A stretch of 64,000 nucleotides of DNA, taken from Chrysomallon squamiferum (taxonomy: Eukaryota > Animalia > Mollusca). The notes beneath the pieces were generated by a model. That model did not search any database. It was not told the DNA's origin and saw only the letters and a list, made by a program, of their open reading frames with translations. The stretch's first letter is position 1. Every line of letters starts with the position of its first letter. Where the stretch lies: assembly GCA_012295275.1 (NCBI GenBank), contig CM022675.1, positions 6,014,001-6,078,000 on the forward strand, in the 5' to 3' direction. Made by a program: the position numbers and the translations under genes. Shown here in pieces: positions 40,300 to 52,900 of the stretch.

Positions 40300-41850
40300 C
40301 ACCGAACAAAAAAAAACCCAAAGATAACCGTTGCCCGACTATTAATGTGTCTAAATTCGGTCAAGATAATAACCGAGTACAAAGTGCACAAAATAATAAT
40401 CTCGAGGGTTCACGTTATCTCAAATCATGCGACTAAGATGGCGACTTGCTGTTAGGCGGCAGTCGCACCGCAAATTAAAATGAAAAAACTAGAAAGAATT
40501 GGTTAGTTAATTGCTTCTATTCAGAGGTAAGGATGTATTTAATTTGTCTCTTCATATTTAGTTTCATGTTTTTATAATATGACATTGTATTTTCATGTAA
40601 TATTAATTATAGGTCATGCGGGTGTGGTTTGTCACTTTCACACTCAAACTGTGTGACACTGAGTCGACTGACATTCCAGTCTGTGGTTTAAAAAACAGTC
40701 ATATAAAATATAAATGTTAAATATCTACATAATTATTAATTCTAATTGTTTACATATATCGTGTAATTAAAATAAAAAATGTAAACGATAGGCAGATCAG
40801 TCAGTTTAGTTTGCTTACAAAATTAGGAACGTGACATTAATTCACTTTTCGTGCAGAGATTATCACTGTAATGTTTGTTAATTACAATGAAGATTGACTT
40901 AGCATTGATATTCTTAATGTTACCAAAAGCTGAATTTCTCAGAATCATTAATTGAGAGAAACTGCTTTGGAAGTTTGGCCCTGATGTCCATAGCAACCAA
41001 GCATTTCGACGAGAAAAACTTTGATAAATAAAGTCTGGGTAGCTTCAGCAAGAATGAATTAGAATTTATGTGTGGTCTGTTCAATATTATAGGTACTTAG
41101 TCTCAAAGAATATATTGAAAATAAAACAAATTAATAATATTAGAAAACAAAACAATGTAGATAAGAAAATGTAGGCTATGTGCACAAACCCTCCTTTCGG
41201 ACACTCTCTTTGTATTACATTAAATTTGAGACGATAAGTTTTGCGCAGAGCATTTCGAAAATGATTTAATGCGCCCCAGTTCTGTCAAGTTAATGACAAA
41301 TCGTTGAGAAAGGATTAAACTGTTGATAAAAACTTCATACTTGTTTTCATACAACTTCGAATTGTAAATCTGTCGACTTTTAGATAATTATTAGAATAAA
41401 TAAAAGTAAAACGTTTATTCAGCCAAATGATATTTGTTAAACTACTTTTTATCTTCATATGAATGCCAGTAAATATAAAATGAATGTAATCGGGTGTAAC
41501 CAGGTACAATCGCGGAGGTGTACGAACTAATAATCTCGAGGATTCACACGGGATTTAGAATCACGCGATTACAATGGCGGATTGTTGTTAGGCAGGGTCA
41601 CTGTGACACCGAATCGACTGTTAGTCGAGTCTGCAGTTTAAAACACGATTTTTCTATTTACACAAAAATATTACAGGTCATTAATATATTTAAACAATAA
41701 AAGTTAATATCTAGTTAATTATTACTTCTAATATTTACATATACCGTGTAATTAACAGATAAATATAAAAAATCGAAATGATAGACAGATCAGTCAATTT
41801 ACTTTGTTTAGAAAATTAGCAACGTGACATTAATGTAATTTTCGTGCAGA
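35500..41850 (+). repeat. Tandem array of five ~1.06-1.25 kb units plus a degenerate sixth; each full unit has a CA microsatellite, most have a YY1-like motif and a splice donor
   Basis: Unit starts (gtcataaattataat) near 35512, 36641, 37794, 38857, 40098. (A)AGATGGCG/AAATGGCGG at 35799, 36954, 39134, 40435, 41571. AG|gtaag donors at 35891, 37044, 38109, 39227, 40527. Units 4 and 5 carry an extra ~180-bp block. Confidence 0.9.
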
Positions 41851-41954
41851 AGTTATTTGTCCATGTCAGTGATGGCGGTTTTAGTAGGCATCGAGATTCT
41901 GCCATTTCCCCCCCCCCCCCAATTGATTGTATTTTGATTTAGTTACTGTTGTTG

Positions 41955-41986
<32 letters not shown>

Positions 41987-43934
41987 TATTTTTATCATTA
42001 TTATTATTATTTTTTTTTTACATTATAGTTTCACATATGCTGGAAATTATGCATTTACGAATTTTGGGTCATAATATTGACTACTGCATTGTAAGGTGGT
42101 TAAAATGACACAGAGTGACAAAAACTGAGATAGGTATTAAAATCTCTAAAGAACACCTGATAACTTTGTTTTAGACATGTACCTTAACTTTTCAAACTAA
42201 TTATAAAATACTGTGGTATATTTATAAGCTATCTTAAATTGTATATGTGACACAGAAATATAGTGTGACTGCAAAACAAACGTTACCTATCATCTGCCCA
42301 TTTGAATAAAATATTCAAGCAAAAATAAATGAATGAATGAATGAATGAATGTAAATAAAAATCAATTAATGATATTAAAGAAAAAAAGAAAGAAGAAGAA
42401 ATAGTCATTAGCCTTTTATTCGGTAGTTGTGCAATATTATAGGTACATCAATATATTGTTTTCTGTATTTGGTGATAATAGTCTATTTCCCAGAGCAGGA
42501 GTGATAGAATCGGCAAAACCTGAAGTGGGCAGATTCGTATGATTTCTGACCAGTGAGCATGGCCATCTCAGCCTGATCATAGCAACTAAATTGCATTTTT
42601 TATATATAAATCATTGAAGAATCCTACTTTAAATTGAACAAAACTTGTACATTGAACATTTGAGGGTTTTATGCATACATTCTAAAATATGATATTAACA
42701 ATAAACATTATCAGTTCAAAATATCGTTGTCCCAAAAGGTAATTAATCTGTTTCCATGGTTTCTTAAAGAAATGGTCTTCCATTCAAGTGTCTGTAATTC
42801 TACATAAATGCAATAGATTTCGTGAGAATGGTCACATTCAAATTGTGTGTAAACTGCTACTTTAATAGCACAAATAGAAAACACAATACACTCATTTGTA
42901 AGTAAAAGAAACATCAGTCGGTGAACTTTATGATTTAACTACAAAAGTTATTTGATGTCTGTCTACAGTTACATATTATGTAAAGATACCATAAAAACAG
43001 AGAATCTGGAGGCAGGCCTATATCATTCTGCTTAATCACTGGCCTTTTGTTCTGTATTTACCAAGGGAAACAAACAATCGCTTAAGCATTCCAGGATTTC
43101 GAGTTTCCGAAGGCTAATTTCTATTAAATCAGTAGTCTGGGACCACATAGGAACCAGTAGAAAGCAAGGTATTACAAAATAAGTGCCCAGTGTTTCAGAA
43201 ATATCACTTACGTGTATATTGATACCTAATGCAATACATGGACCTTTCTTATGACCAGGTTGGTGATACATCATTCAGTTCTCACTTGCCCGATGATATT
43301 TTGAGTGATCGGCTAAACATAAAATGCACACCTGTGTATGTGTGTAGGAAAAAATATTATTAACATTATTATTATTTGGAAGAAAGAACTGTCCTTGTGA
43401 TTTTACTCCATAGGTGAGAGGTTGATGTTTTGTGTTATGTATATTGTTGTACAAAACTTGTAAATTATTAGTTGTCCCAAAAGTCAAACAAATCCAGAAT
43501 TCACATTTCAAACGCTCAGTCATGTTAGTTCTCATCATTTGTTTTATTTTCTTTACTTGTATTACTTTTATTATTTTGCTTTGCTTATATATATATATAT
43601 ATATACACATATTCAGATACACCTCTTTTTTTCACAAGGTAACGTAAGTATTCCTATAAACATAATCACAAACCAAACTTTCTATCAAAGACAATATTGA
43701 GGTTGAAATTCCTTTAACATTTGAAATTTGAAAGTTCAGTATTTTTTTGTATTTATCTGTTGCTGTTTTTAAATACACAAATGTGTTTGTGTGTGTATTT
43801 AGCAGAATCTAATGTCACAATTTAAAAACAATAACATACATTACAGCTTTTAAAAAAATATCTATATCTATAGGAATGAATATAATATTAACAATCACTC
43901 AGCATTAAAACTGATATTTTACAGTTTAGCCAAT

Positions 43935-46900
43935 ATGGATGATGAACAAGAGGATTCAGACAACGCCACAGCTGCATTTACTTCCGACTCAGATTCTGTA
44001 CACAATTTACAGTCACAAGTGTCAAGTTACACATCTCGTGAAGGTAATTAATAACACAGTATTTCTCTATATTGTAGTTTACTATTTGGATGTGGAGATC
44101 TAAATAGACAAAATTATTATTTATATCTTTAATAATGCAGTTTTTTCAATATAGTGTTTAATGTCTGTTGATACTTTTTTGGTTATAACGCTATTGGAGG
44201 AAATAAAAAGTAATTTGGTGTGTACAGACACTCTTTTTGTGATTGATATTGATAATAGATTAACAATTTAAAGACATTTGTGTCTTGTTTGTTTGACACA
44301 TGAAAACTGTAAAACAAAACACCCTAATTACTGTTTAATTACCATCATGATCATTGTAATTATTTTTGTATTTCTTTGTTTTAATACTTTAAAACAGCGT
44401 TTCTCTCCCTTGCGTAATCCTTGAAATAAATTACGTGTCAAGGAACCCCTGCACTAAAACTGAATCGTCACATTGGGTGGTTAGGTATTTCTTTAAAAAT
44501 AAAGAAAAAACAAAGAAATAAGAAACTTGATAAACAAAACTTAATAAAACTGGAGCAATTAAAGGAAAATAGAGCTTACTTCAAGACTTGAGGGAGACAG
44601 ATATTCTCATAAGAAAACTAACCAAAGAATGCAATAAAAAAGCGTGCTTCAAGTTTTAGAAATCTTAAAACAATTCCCTGAATGCTGGAGAATAAATTTA
44701 GTGATTAAGGTGGGTGAATGAGGGGTGTGCCTGCATTACTAAATATATTCCTAATGATTATGATATTTTTAATTATAGGTTAGACAGGATGACGTGTTTA
44801 TTACAGTAACGAAATATTTCCCAAGAATATACTGTCCATAATATTATGAATATGAAATTAAATAAAAATAACTGACTCTTTCTCACGGAACCCCTAGAGA
44901 TCTTTCACGGATCGCTAAGGTTTCACAGAACCCAGTTTGAGAAACAGTGCTCTAAACTAATACATATTTCTTAGCACCTACACGCAGTCAGTTAACAATA
45001 TTAAACATATTTATTAAAACATATACTTATATTCAATGATGAAATTTTGTTAATAATATATGCTGGCATTTTTGTGTATAAAGATAAAAACTTTTTTTTA
45101 GACAATCTGTTTATAAGTTGTGGGTTTAAGTAACTTCATTTACCTTTTTACAGAACTATCAAGAACACAGTCAGTGACAGAAAGAAATGTAAATATCGGC
45201 ACAGTTCAGAATTACCTGGCCCTATCTCATAACAAGAATGTTGTGTTGGGAAATCAATTTGTTGAAATTAGTAAGTTAGACAACACAACTTCACAGACTA
45301 GTAATCTTAGTAATTTTCCGAACAACACACACACACACATTCCTTACTAACAGGTTATCAAACGATTTAAACGTTTTTCGTCGTATATTAATGGAGTGCG
45401 TGCTTCAGTGATTTTAAAAGATCACCAGTAAACACTGAAACATTATACACAGTATCGTTATTATCTTCAATAAATATTAAAATACAGCACAAAGTATCAT
45501 AATTATCTCTAGAAAATATCACAACAACAATTACATAACATTCAAAACAACATATAACTAAATAATAATTTTATGAAGAAACAATAATTAAGGTAAAATC
45601 ATTCAGAAAGATTTAATGTTAAAAGTTTGCTGTTTCGTGACTAAGCTGCAGAGTAATTGTACAGATCACTTTGTTAATAACTCCTGTTTACTCATCAAAA
45701 ACATAAACTTACTGGTTTTATTTTTATTATATTTCAGCAAAGACTGATGGAAGAACATCAAATATTAAAGGTAATTAATTTTTTACTTGTATAATTTAAA
45801 AAAAAAAAATCATTAATAACAAGAAAATCATCTAGTTGTTTCTAATCTTATTACTAATGTTCCTTCATTAAATTTTGAGGAATTAATATTATAAACTTTA
45901 AATTTGATTCTTACTAAGAAATTATAATGTCAATGTTCATATAATACAAACAATTATAAAACAGTTTATAATATTTTTTTTACTTATAATACAGAGTCTA
46001 CCAGGTCATTATTAAACTCTGTCGACTGGAGTGTCTATGTTGAAACAAGAGCAGAAGAAATAGGTGTTGCACTTTTGAAGAAGAATGGTGTTGTGATTGT
46101 AATAGGATGTCCAGGTTCAGGAAAGACAACTCTAGCTTTGAGCATGATGAGACAGATAGAAAAAGAAGAAAAAACAGAATCTTACTTGCTGACTCACCAC
46201 TCTGAATTCAATGACATCCCTCTTTCTAGAAATGAGAAATGTGTTGTCCTCATTGATGACATATTTGGTAAAACTAATCTCACGTTCGATTTTATGTTGT
46301 CATGGCAACTGAAATTTCCAAAGTTATGGGGTCTTGTTCAGGATGGTTCTGTGAAATGTATTATAACCTTACGAAATCAAATATTTGCAAAAAGTAAAAC
46401 CAGTTTGAAGGAATTTGATCTATTTAATAAGAATCACGTCCTTGATCTACAGAGTGATGACTGGTGTCTGAATTATTGTGAAAAGTATAAAATTCTAAAT
46501 AAATATCTCATAAAAAAAGATGTTACAATGGATCACTATGACAAAGACATTGTAATTAAAGAATCATGTTCAGAGTTAGGATTTCCTCAGGTGTGTATAT
46601 ATTATGTTAATTCAAGTGATGCACAAAAAAGAGGAGTTGACTTTTTTAAGAAACCTGTAGAATATCTCATAGAACAGCTGGAAAATATGAAAAATGATGA
46701 ATCCTTACACATCAATTACCTGGTTCTACTGCTGATCATGTTTAAGCAAGGCAGTCTCAGTACTGACTTGTTGAACCCATTTGAAAATGACAGTGACAGT
46801 GAAACAATGAAATTAGTAAAACTGCTAGAGCGTGTCTGTCCAAGTCTAAAAAACACTGATCTTGCAGATATAAAGAAAACAGCTGATGTAATGTGTGGTA

Positions 46901-49900
46901 CCTATTTGAGTTGTTATGACAACAGATACTCTTTTATTCACCAGTCAGTATTTGACTCCTTATTTCTAATATTTTCATCAGAGTTTCCGAAGAAAGCAGC
47001 AGATTTGCTAGAAGTGTGTCCTGTCTCCATGTTGTTAGAATATGTTGTGACGCCTGGAGTGTCTAACAAAAGTCACATTACAATGACTGTCAGACCTGAC
47101 TGCTTTGATGTTCTTGCTCGCAGATTTACTGACCTTCTGGCATCCAAAAATGCCAGAGAAATTATTTCACATCCATCATTGAAAGATGAAGAATTTTTGA
47201 GGTATTTAATCGAGGAAAAAAACTTTTATGGTAAATTGTCTAAAATACTCAGACAGAAACTGAATAGACAATTTCACTTTTATGTAAATGAGGTCGAGAA
47301 AATTTTTCTTAATATATATCAGAAAATTGTATATTTGCATGACAATGGTTCAAAGTTTCATTTAATAGGGACTTGGCCTTTGAAAGTTAAAGAAAAAGGG
47401 ATATGTTCATCTTCTGTTGCAAGTGAGTGTGTTGTGAATGGCCTGAGAACAATGTCGAGGTGTCTGACAACACATCTGTGTAAAATGGAATCCAAGTATC
47501 AGAAAAAAGAACTTTTGAATATTTCTTGTTTGTTTGGAGATGAAGATGTGGTGAAAAGTTTGCTACAGTCAGGTGTTATTCCAACATTTGTTACATTCAG
47601 TTTAGCTGCTTGCTCAAAAACAGACAATGCTACCATAATTAAAGAACTTCTACAGTGCAAAAAGGTGAATTTGAATCAGTATTCCCGGTCATTACAACTT
47701 TCAATTTATTCATGTAACATGAACATTGCCTGTTTATTGGCTGAGATTATGAAAAATGAGAAAGACAACAGTGTAGTGAAAGAAGAAGCTGTGAAACTCT
47801 TATTGGTTAGGTTCCATACACAGGTAAGACGTGACTCAATTGACACATATTACATGACATCACTGATTGATAAATCTGTTGATGTGAGCAACCTTTTTAA
47901 GAATCTAGTTACAGTTGATATAACAAACAAAATTAAAGACATTGCTATCGTTGCTGCAGGTCATAGTAATTCAGGTGTTATAAAAGAAATAGTAAAACTA
48001 AAACCTGATTGTTTAAATAATGAGAACCGAGATAAAGTTTTCTTAGCAGCAGCTATATGGGGTTCTGCTGACACAGTGAATTTTCTCATTGAGCAGAGAC
48101 GTAATAATACAGATGACGACAACTGGAAGAAAAGTCAAGTACTGAAAGTAGCCATGATGTTTAACAGTGCAGATGTTGTTCAGTGCCTACTTGAGAAAGG
48201 AGCTGATCCTAATGCTAATGCAGCTATTAATGAGATATTGATTCAATGGTTTCAAGTTTTTGATTTACTCCGTTCATATACAGCTGAACAGAAGTTGCTC
48301 TCTTCTGACTTACCAATTCACATATCAGTTAAGTTTGCTGACATAGATTTGTTGAAATCACTGGTAAAAAGAAATGCTGACGTTAATGCAATGAACAGTA
48401 AGGGAAAAACTCCACTTCATGAAGCTGTAATTGTGAAAGAACGCAGAAAAGAATTAGCTTTGTTTTTGCTAGAAAATGGAGCTGATATTAACATTACAGA
48501 TAAGAAAACGAATTCAGCTTTACACCTAGCAGCTAAATTTGGGTATATGGATGCTGTAACAACATTGATTGAAAATGGTGCTAATGTGAACAGTATTAAC
48601 AACCAAGGTAAAACTCCTTTTTTTGCAGCTCTGAATTATGCTGAACTATATCCATTTTCGAGTAATGAACAATGGAAAGTAATTTTGTATTTGCTGGAAC
48701 ATGGAGCAGATCCTAATTTAACAGACAGAAATAACAATTTTGTTTTGCATATAGCAGCTAAACATGGAAGTATAGAAACTGTGAAAGCACTTATAGAAAA
48801 AGGTGTTGATTTAAATATTAAAAATAATGAAGGTGAAACTCCTCTGATTACAGCTGTCTTTTATGGTACATATAAAATGTTTCGACGTCCCAGTCATCAA
48901 CAATGGGAAATAGCGTTGTATTTACTGAAATATGGAGCTGATCCTAATATAACAAACAATGGTAACAATTCTGTTTTACACCTAGCAGTTCAAGATGGAA
49001 ATATAGAAATTGTGACAACATTGATTGAAAAAGGTGTTGATGTAAATATTTTGAATAGTGGAGGTGAAACTCCTCTTGTTACTGCTATGAATTGTTTTAG
49101 ATTTCAGTATTATGCATTTGTTTATGATCAACTTTCAAAAGTAGTTTTTTATTTATTGGAACATGGAGCTGATCCTAATTTAACAGACAGTGAGAACAAA
49201 TCTGTTTTACACATTGCAGCTAAACATGGAAATACTGAAATTGTCACAGCACTGATACAGAGAGGTACTGATGTGAATATTAAAAATAGTGGATGTGAAA
49301 CTCCCCTTCTTATAGCTGTGAAGAACGAAAAGAACAAAGTAGTTTTGCATTTATTGGAACATGGAGCTGATCCTAATTTAACAGACAGTGAGAACAAATC
49401 TGTTTTACACATTGCAGCTAAACATGGAAATACTGCAATTGTCACAGCACTGATACAGAGAGGTACTGATGTGAATATTAAAAATAGTGGATGTGAAACT
49501 CCCCTTCTTATAGCTGTGAAGAACGAAAAGAACAAAGTAGTTTTGCATTTATTGGAACATGGAGCTGATCCTAATTTAACAGACAGTGATAACAAATCTG
49601 TTTTACACATTGCAGCTAAACATGGAAATACAGAAATTGTCACAGCACTGATACAGAGAGGTACTGATGTAAACATTAAAAATAGTGAAGGTGAAACTCC
49701 TCTTCTTATAGCTGTGAAGAACGAACAGAACAAAGTAGTTTTTTATTTATTGGAACATGGAGCTGATCCTAATTTAACAGACAGTGATAACAATTCTGTC
49801 TTACACATTGCAGCTAAACATGGAAACATAGATATTGTCACAGAACTGATACAGAGAGGTACTGATGTAAACATTAAAAATAGTGAAGGTGAAACTCCCC

Positions 49901-52900
49901 TTCTTATAGCTGTGAAGAACGAAAAGAACAAAGTAGTTTTGCATTTATTCGAACATGGAGCTGATCCTAATTTAACAGACAGTGATATCAATTCTGTCTT
50001 ACACATTGCAGCTAAACATGGAAACATAGATATTGTCACAGAACTGATACAGAGAGGTATTGATGTAAATATTAAAAACGGTGCATGTGAAACTCCTCTC
50101 TTTAAAGTTCTAAATTGTGATAAATGTCAATTGCATCAATCTCTGAGTGACGAACAGTGTAAAGTAGTTTTGTATCTACTGAAACATGGAGCTGACCCTA
50201 ATTTAAGACACACTGGTAACAATTCTGTTTTACACCTGGCAGCTCAAGTTGGAAATACACAAATTGTCACAGCACTGATTGAAAAAGGTGCTGATGCAAA
50301 TATTAGAAATAATGAAAGTGAAGCTCCTCTCTTTACAGCTGTGAATTACAAACAGAACCAAGTAGTCTTGTATTTACTGGAACATGGAGGTGATCCTAAT
50401 TTAACAGCTAGTCATAACAATTCTGTTTTACACATAGCAGCTGAACATAGAAATTTAGAAATTGTGACAGCACTGATCGAGAAAGGTGCTGATGTAAATA
50501 TTAAAAACAATGAAGGTGAAACTCCTCTGCATAGAGCTATGGTCTGTTATGAAAACCCAGGTGTTGCTTTTCATAGTTATTGTCATACTTTTCTTCTTCC
50601 AGCTATAAATTATGTTAGACCTGAATCGTGTGGATTTTTGAAAGAAAAAATATGGAAAATAGTTTTGTATTTACTGAAATGTGGAGCAGATCCTAATTTA
50701 ACACACAGATTTAACAATTCTCTTTTACACATAGCATCTTACCAAGGAAAAACAAAAGTTGTGAGAGCACTGATCGAGAAAGGTATTGATGTAAATATTA
50801 AAAACAATGAAGGTGAAACTGCTCTTCATGTAGCTGTAAAGTACAAACAGACCAACATAGTTTTCTATTTACTGGAACATGAAGCTGATCCTAATTTAAC
50901 AGACAATTATAATAATTCTGTTTTACACATAGCAGCTAACCAAGGAAAAGTAGAAATTGTCAGAGCACTGACTCGAAAAGGTTGTAAAATAAATATTGTA
51001 AACAAACAAGGTAACACTCCTCTCTTTAAAGCTGTAAGATGTGATGTATGTATACGGAAGCCTCCTCTGAGTGATAAACAATGGAAAGTAGTTTTGCATT
51101 TGCTGCAAAATGGAGCTGATCCTAATTTAACAAGCAGCTGTTACAATTCTGTTTTACACATAGCAGCTGAACGGGGAAATATGGAAATTGTGAGAGCACT
51201 GATTAAAACAGGTGCTGATGTAAATATTAAAAACATCGTAGATCAAACTGCTCTTTTTACAGCTGTGAACTACAAACAGAACAAAGTAGTTTTTTATTTA
51301 CTGAAACATGGAGCTGATCCTAATTTAAAAAACAAAAATGCCAATTCCGTTTTACATGTAGCGGCTAAACATGGAAATATAGAAATTGTGAGAGCACTAA
51401 CTGAAAAAGGTGCTGATGTAAATATTAAAAACAATGAAGGTGAAACTCCTCTTGTTACCGCTGTGAACCAGCAACAGGACAAAGTAGTTTTGTATTTACT
51501 GAAACATGGAGTTGATCCTAATTTAACAGACAATGATAATAATTCTGTTTTACATCTAGCAAGTAAACAAGGAAATATAAAAATTGTAAGGAAACTGATC
51601 GAAAAAGGTGCTGATATAAATCTTAAAAACAGTAGTGGTGAAACTGCTCTCCTTACAAGTTTTAATGATTATAAATACTGCTGTTATGAATGTCTCAACG
51701 ATGGACATTGCAATGTAGTTTTGTGTTTGCTGGAACATGGAGCTGATCCTAATTTAACAGACAATGATAACAATTCTGTTTTACACATAGCAGCGAAACA
51801 TGGAAATATAGAAATTGTAACAGCACTGATTGAAAAAGGTGTTGATGTAAATATTAAGAACAATAAAAGTAAAACTCCTCTTTTTTCAGTCATATGTTGT
51901 GATACATATCAATATTTTGATTACCGTAATGATGAACATTGCAATGTATTTTCGTATTTGCTGGAACATGGAGCTGATCCTGACTTAACAGACAGTGATA
52001 ACAATTCTCTTTTACACCTAGCAGCTAAACAGGGAAATATAGAAATTGTGATAACACTGATAGAAAAAGGTGTTGATGTAAATATTAAAAACAATGACGG
52101 TAAAACTCCTCTTCTTACAGCTATGAATTTTAAACAGGACAAAATAGTTTTGTGTTTACTAAAACATGGAGCTGATCCTAATTTAACAGACAAAGATAAC
52201 AATTCTGTTTTGCACCTAGCAGCTAAACATGAAAATACAAAAATTGTCATAGAACTGATTGAAAAAGACGTTGATGTAAATATTAAAAACAATGAAAGTG
52301 AATTTCCTCTTCTTACAGCTATGATCTACAAAAAGAACAAAATAGTTTTGTACTTACTGGAAAATGGAGCTGATCCTAATTTAAAAGACAAAGATGAGAA
52401 TTCCGTTCTACAAATAGCAGCGAAACATGGAAATATAGAAATTGTGAGAGCACTAACTGAAAAAGGTGTTGATGTAAATATTAAAAACAATAAAGGTGAA
52501 ACTCCTCTTTTTACAGCTATAAACTACAAACAGAACATAGTAGTTTTGTATTTACTGAAATATGGAGCTGATCCATATCTAAAAAGCAATGATGACAATT
52601 CAGTGTTACACTTAGCAGCGAAACATGGAAATATAGAAATTGTGAGAGCACTAACTGAAAAAGGTGTTGATGTAAATATTAAAAACAATAAAGGTGAAAC
52701 CCCTCTTTTTACAGCTATAAACTGCAAACAGAACAAAGTAGTTTTTTATTTACTGAAACATAAAGCTGAACCTAATGTAAAAGACAAAGATGACAATTCA
52801 GTTTTACACATAGCAGCGAAAGTTGGAAATATAGAAATTGTGAGAGCACTGACTGAAAAAGGTGTTGATATAAATATTAAAAACAATAAAGGTGAAACTC

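Noticed and set aside
35613-40455. HTHTHT / VCVCVC ORFs (also RERERE at 26483 and poly-Y at 57322)
   Set aside because: Microsatellite translations.
43617-43638. Possible 22-nt exon (ttcag|ATAC...ACAAG|gtaac) upstream of gene B's X exon
   Set aside because: Weak acceptor context, and the donor is not conserved in paralogue C (~61535-61560).
49149-52736. Many minus-strand ORFs over the ankyrin arrays (also 20196-24157)
   Set aside because: Antisense shadows of the repetitive + strand coding sequence.
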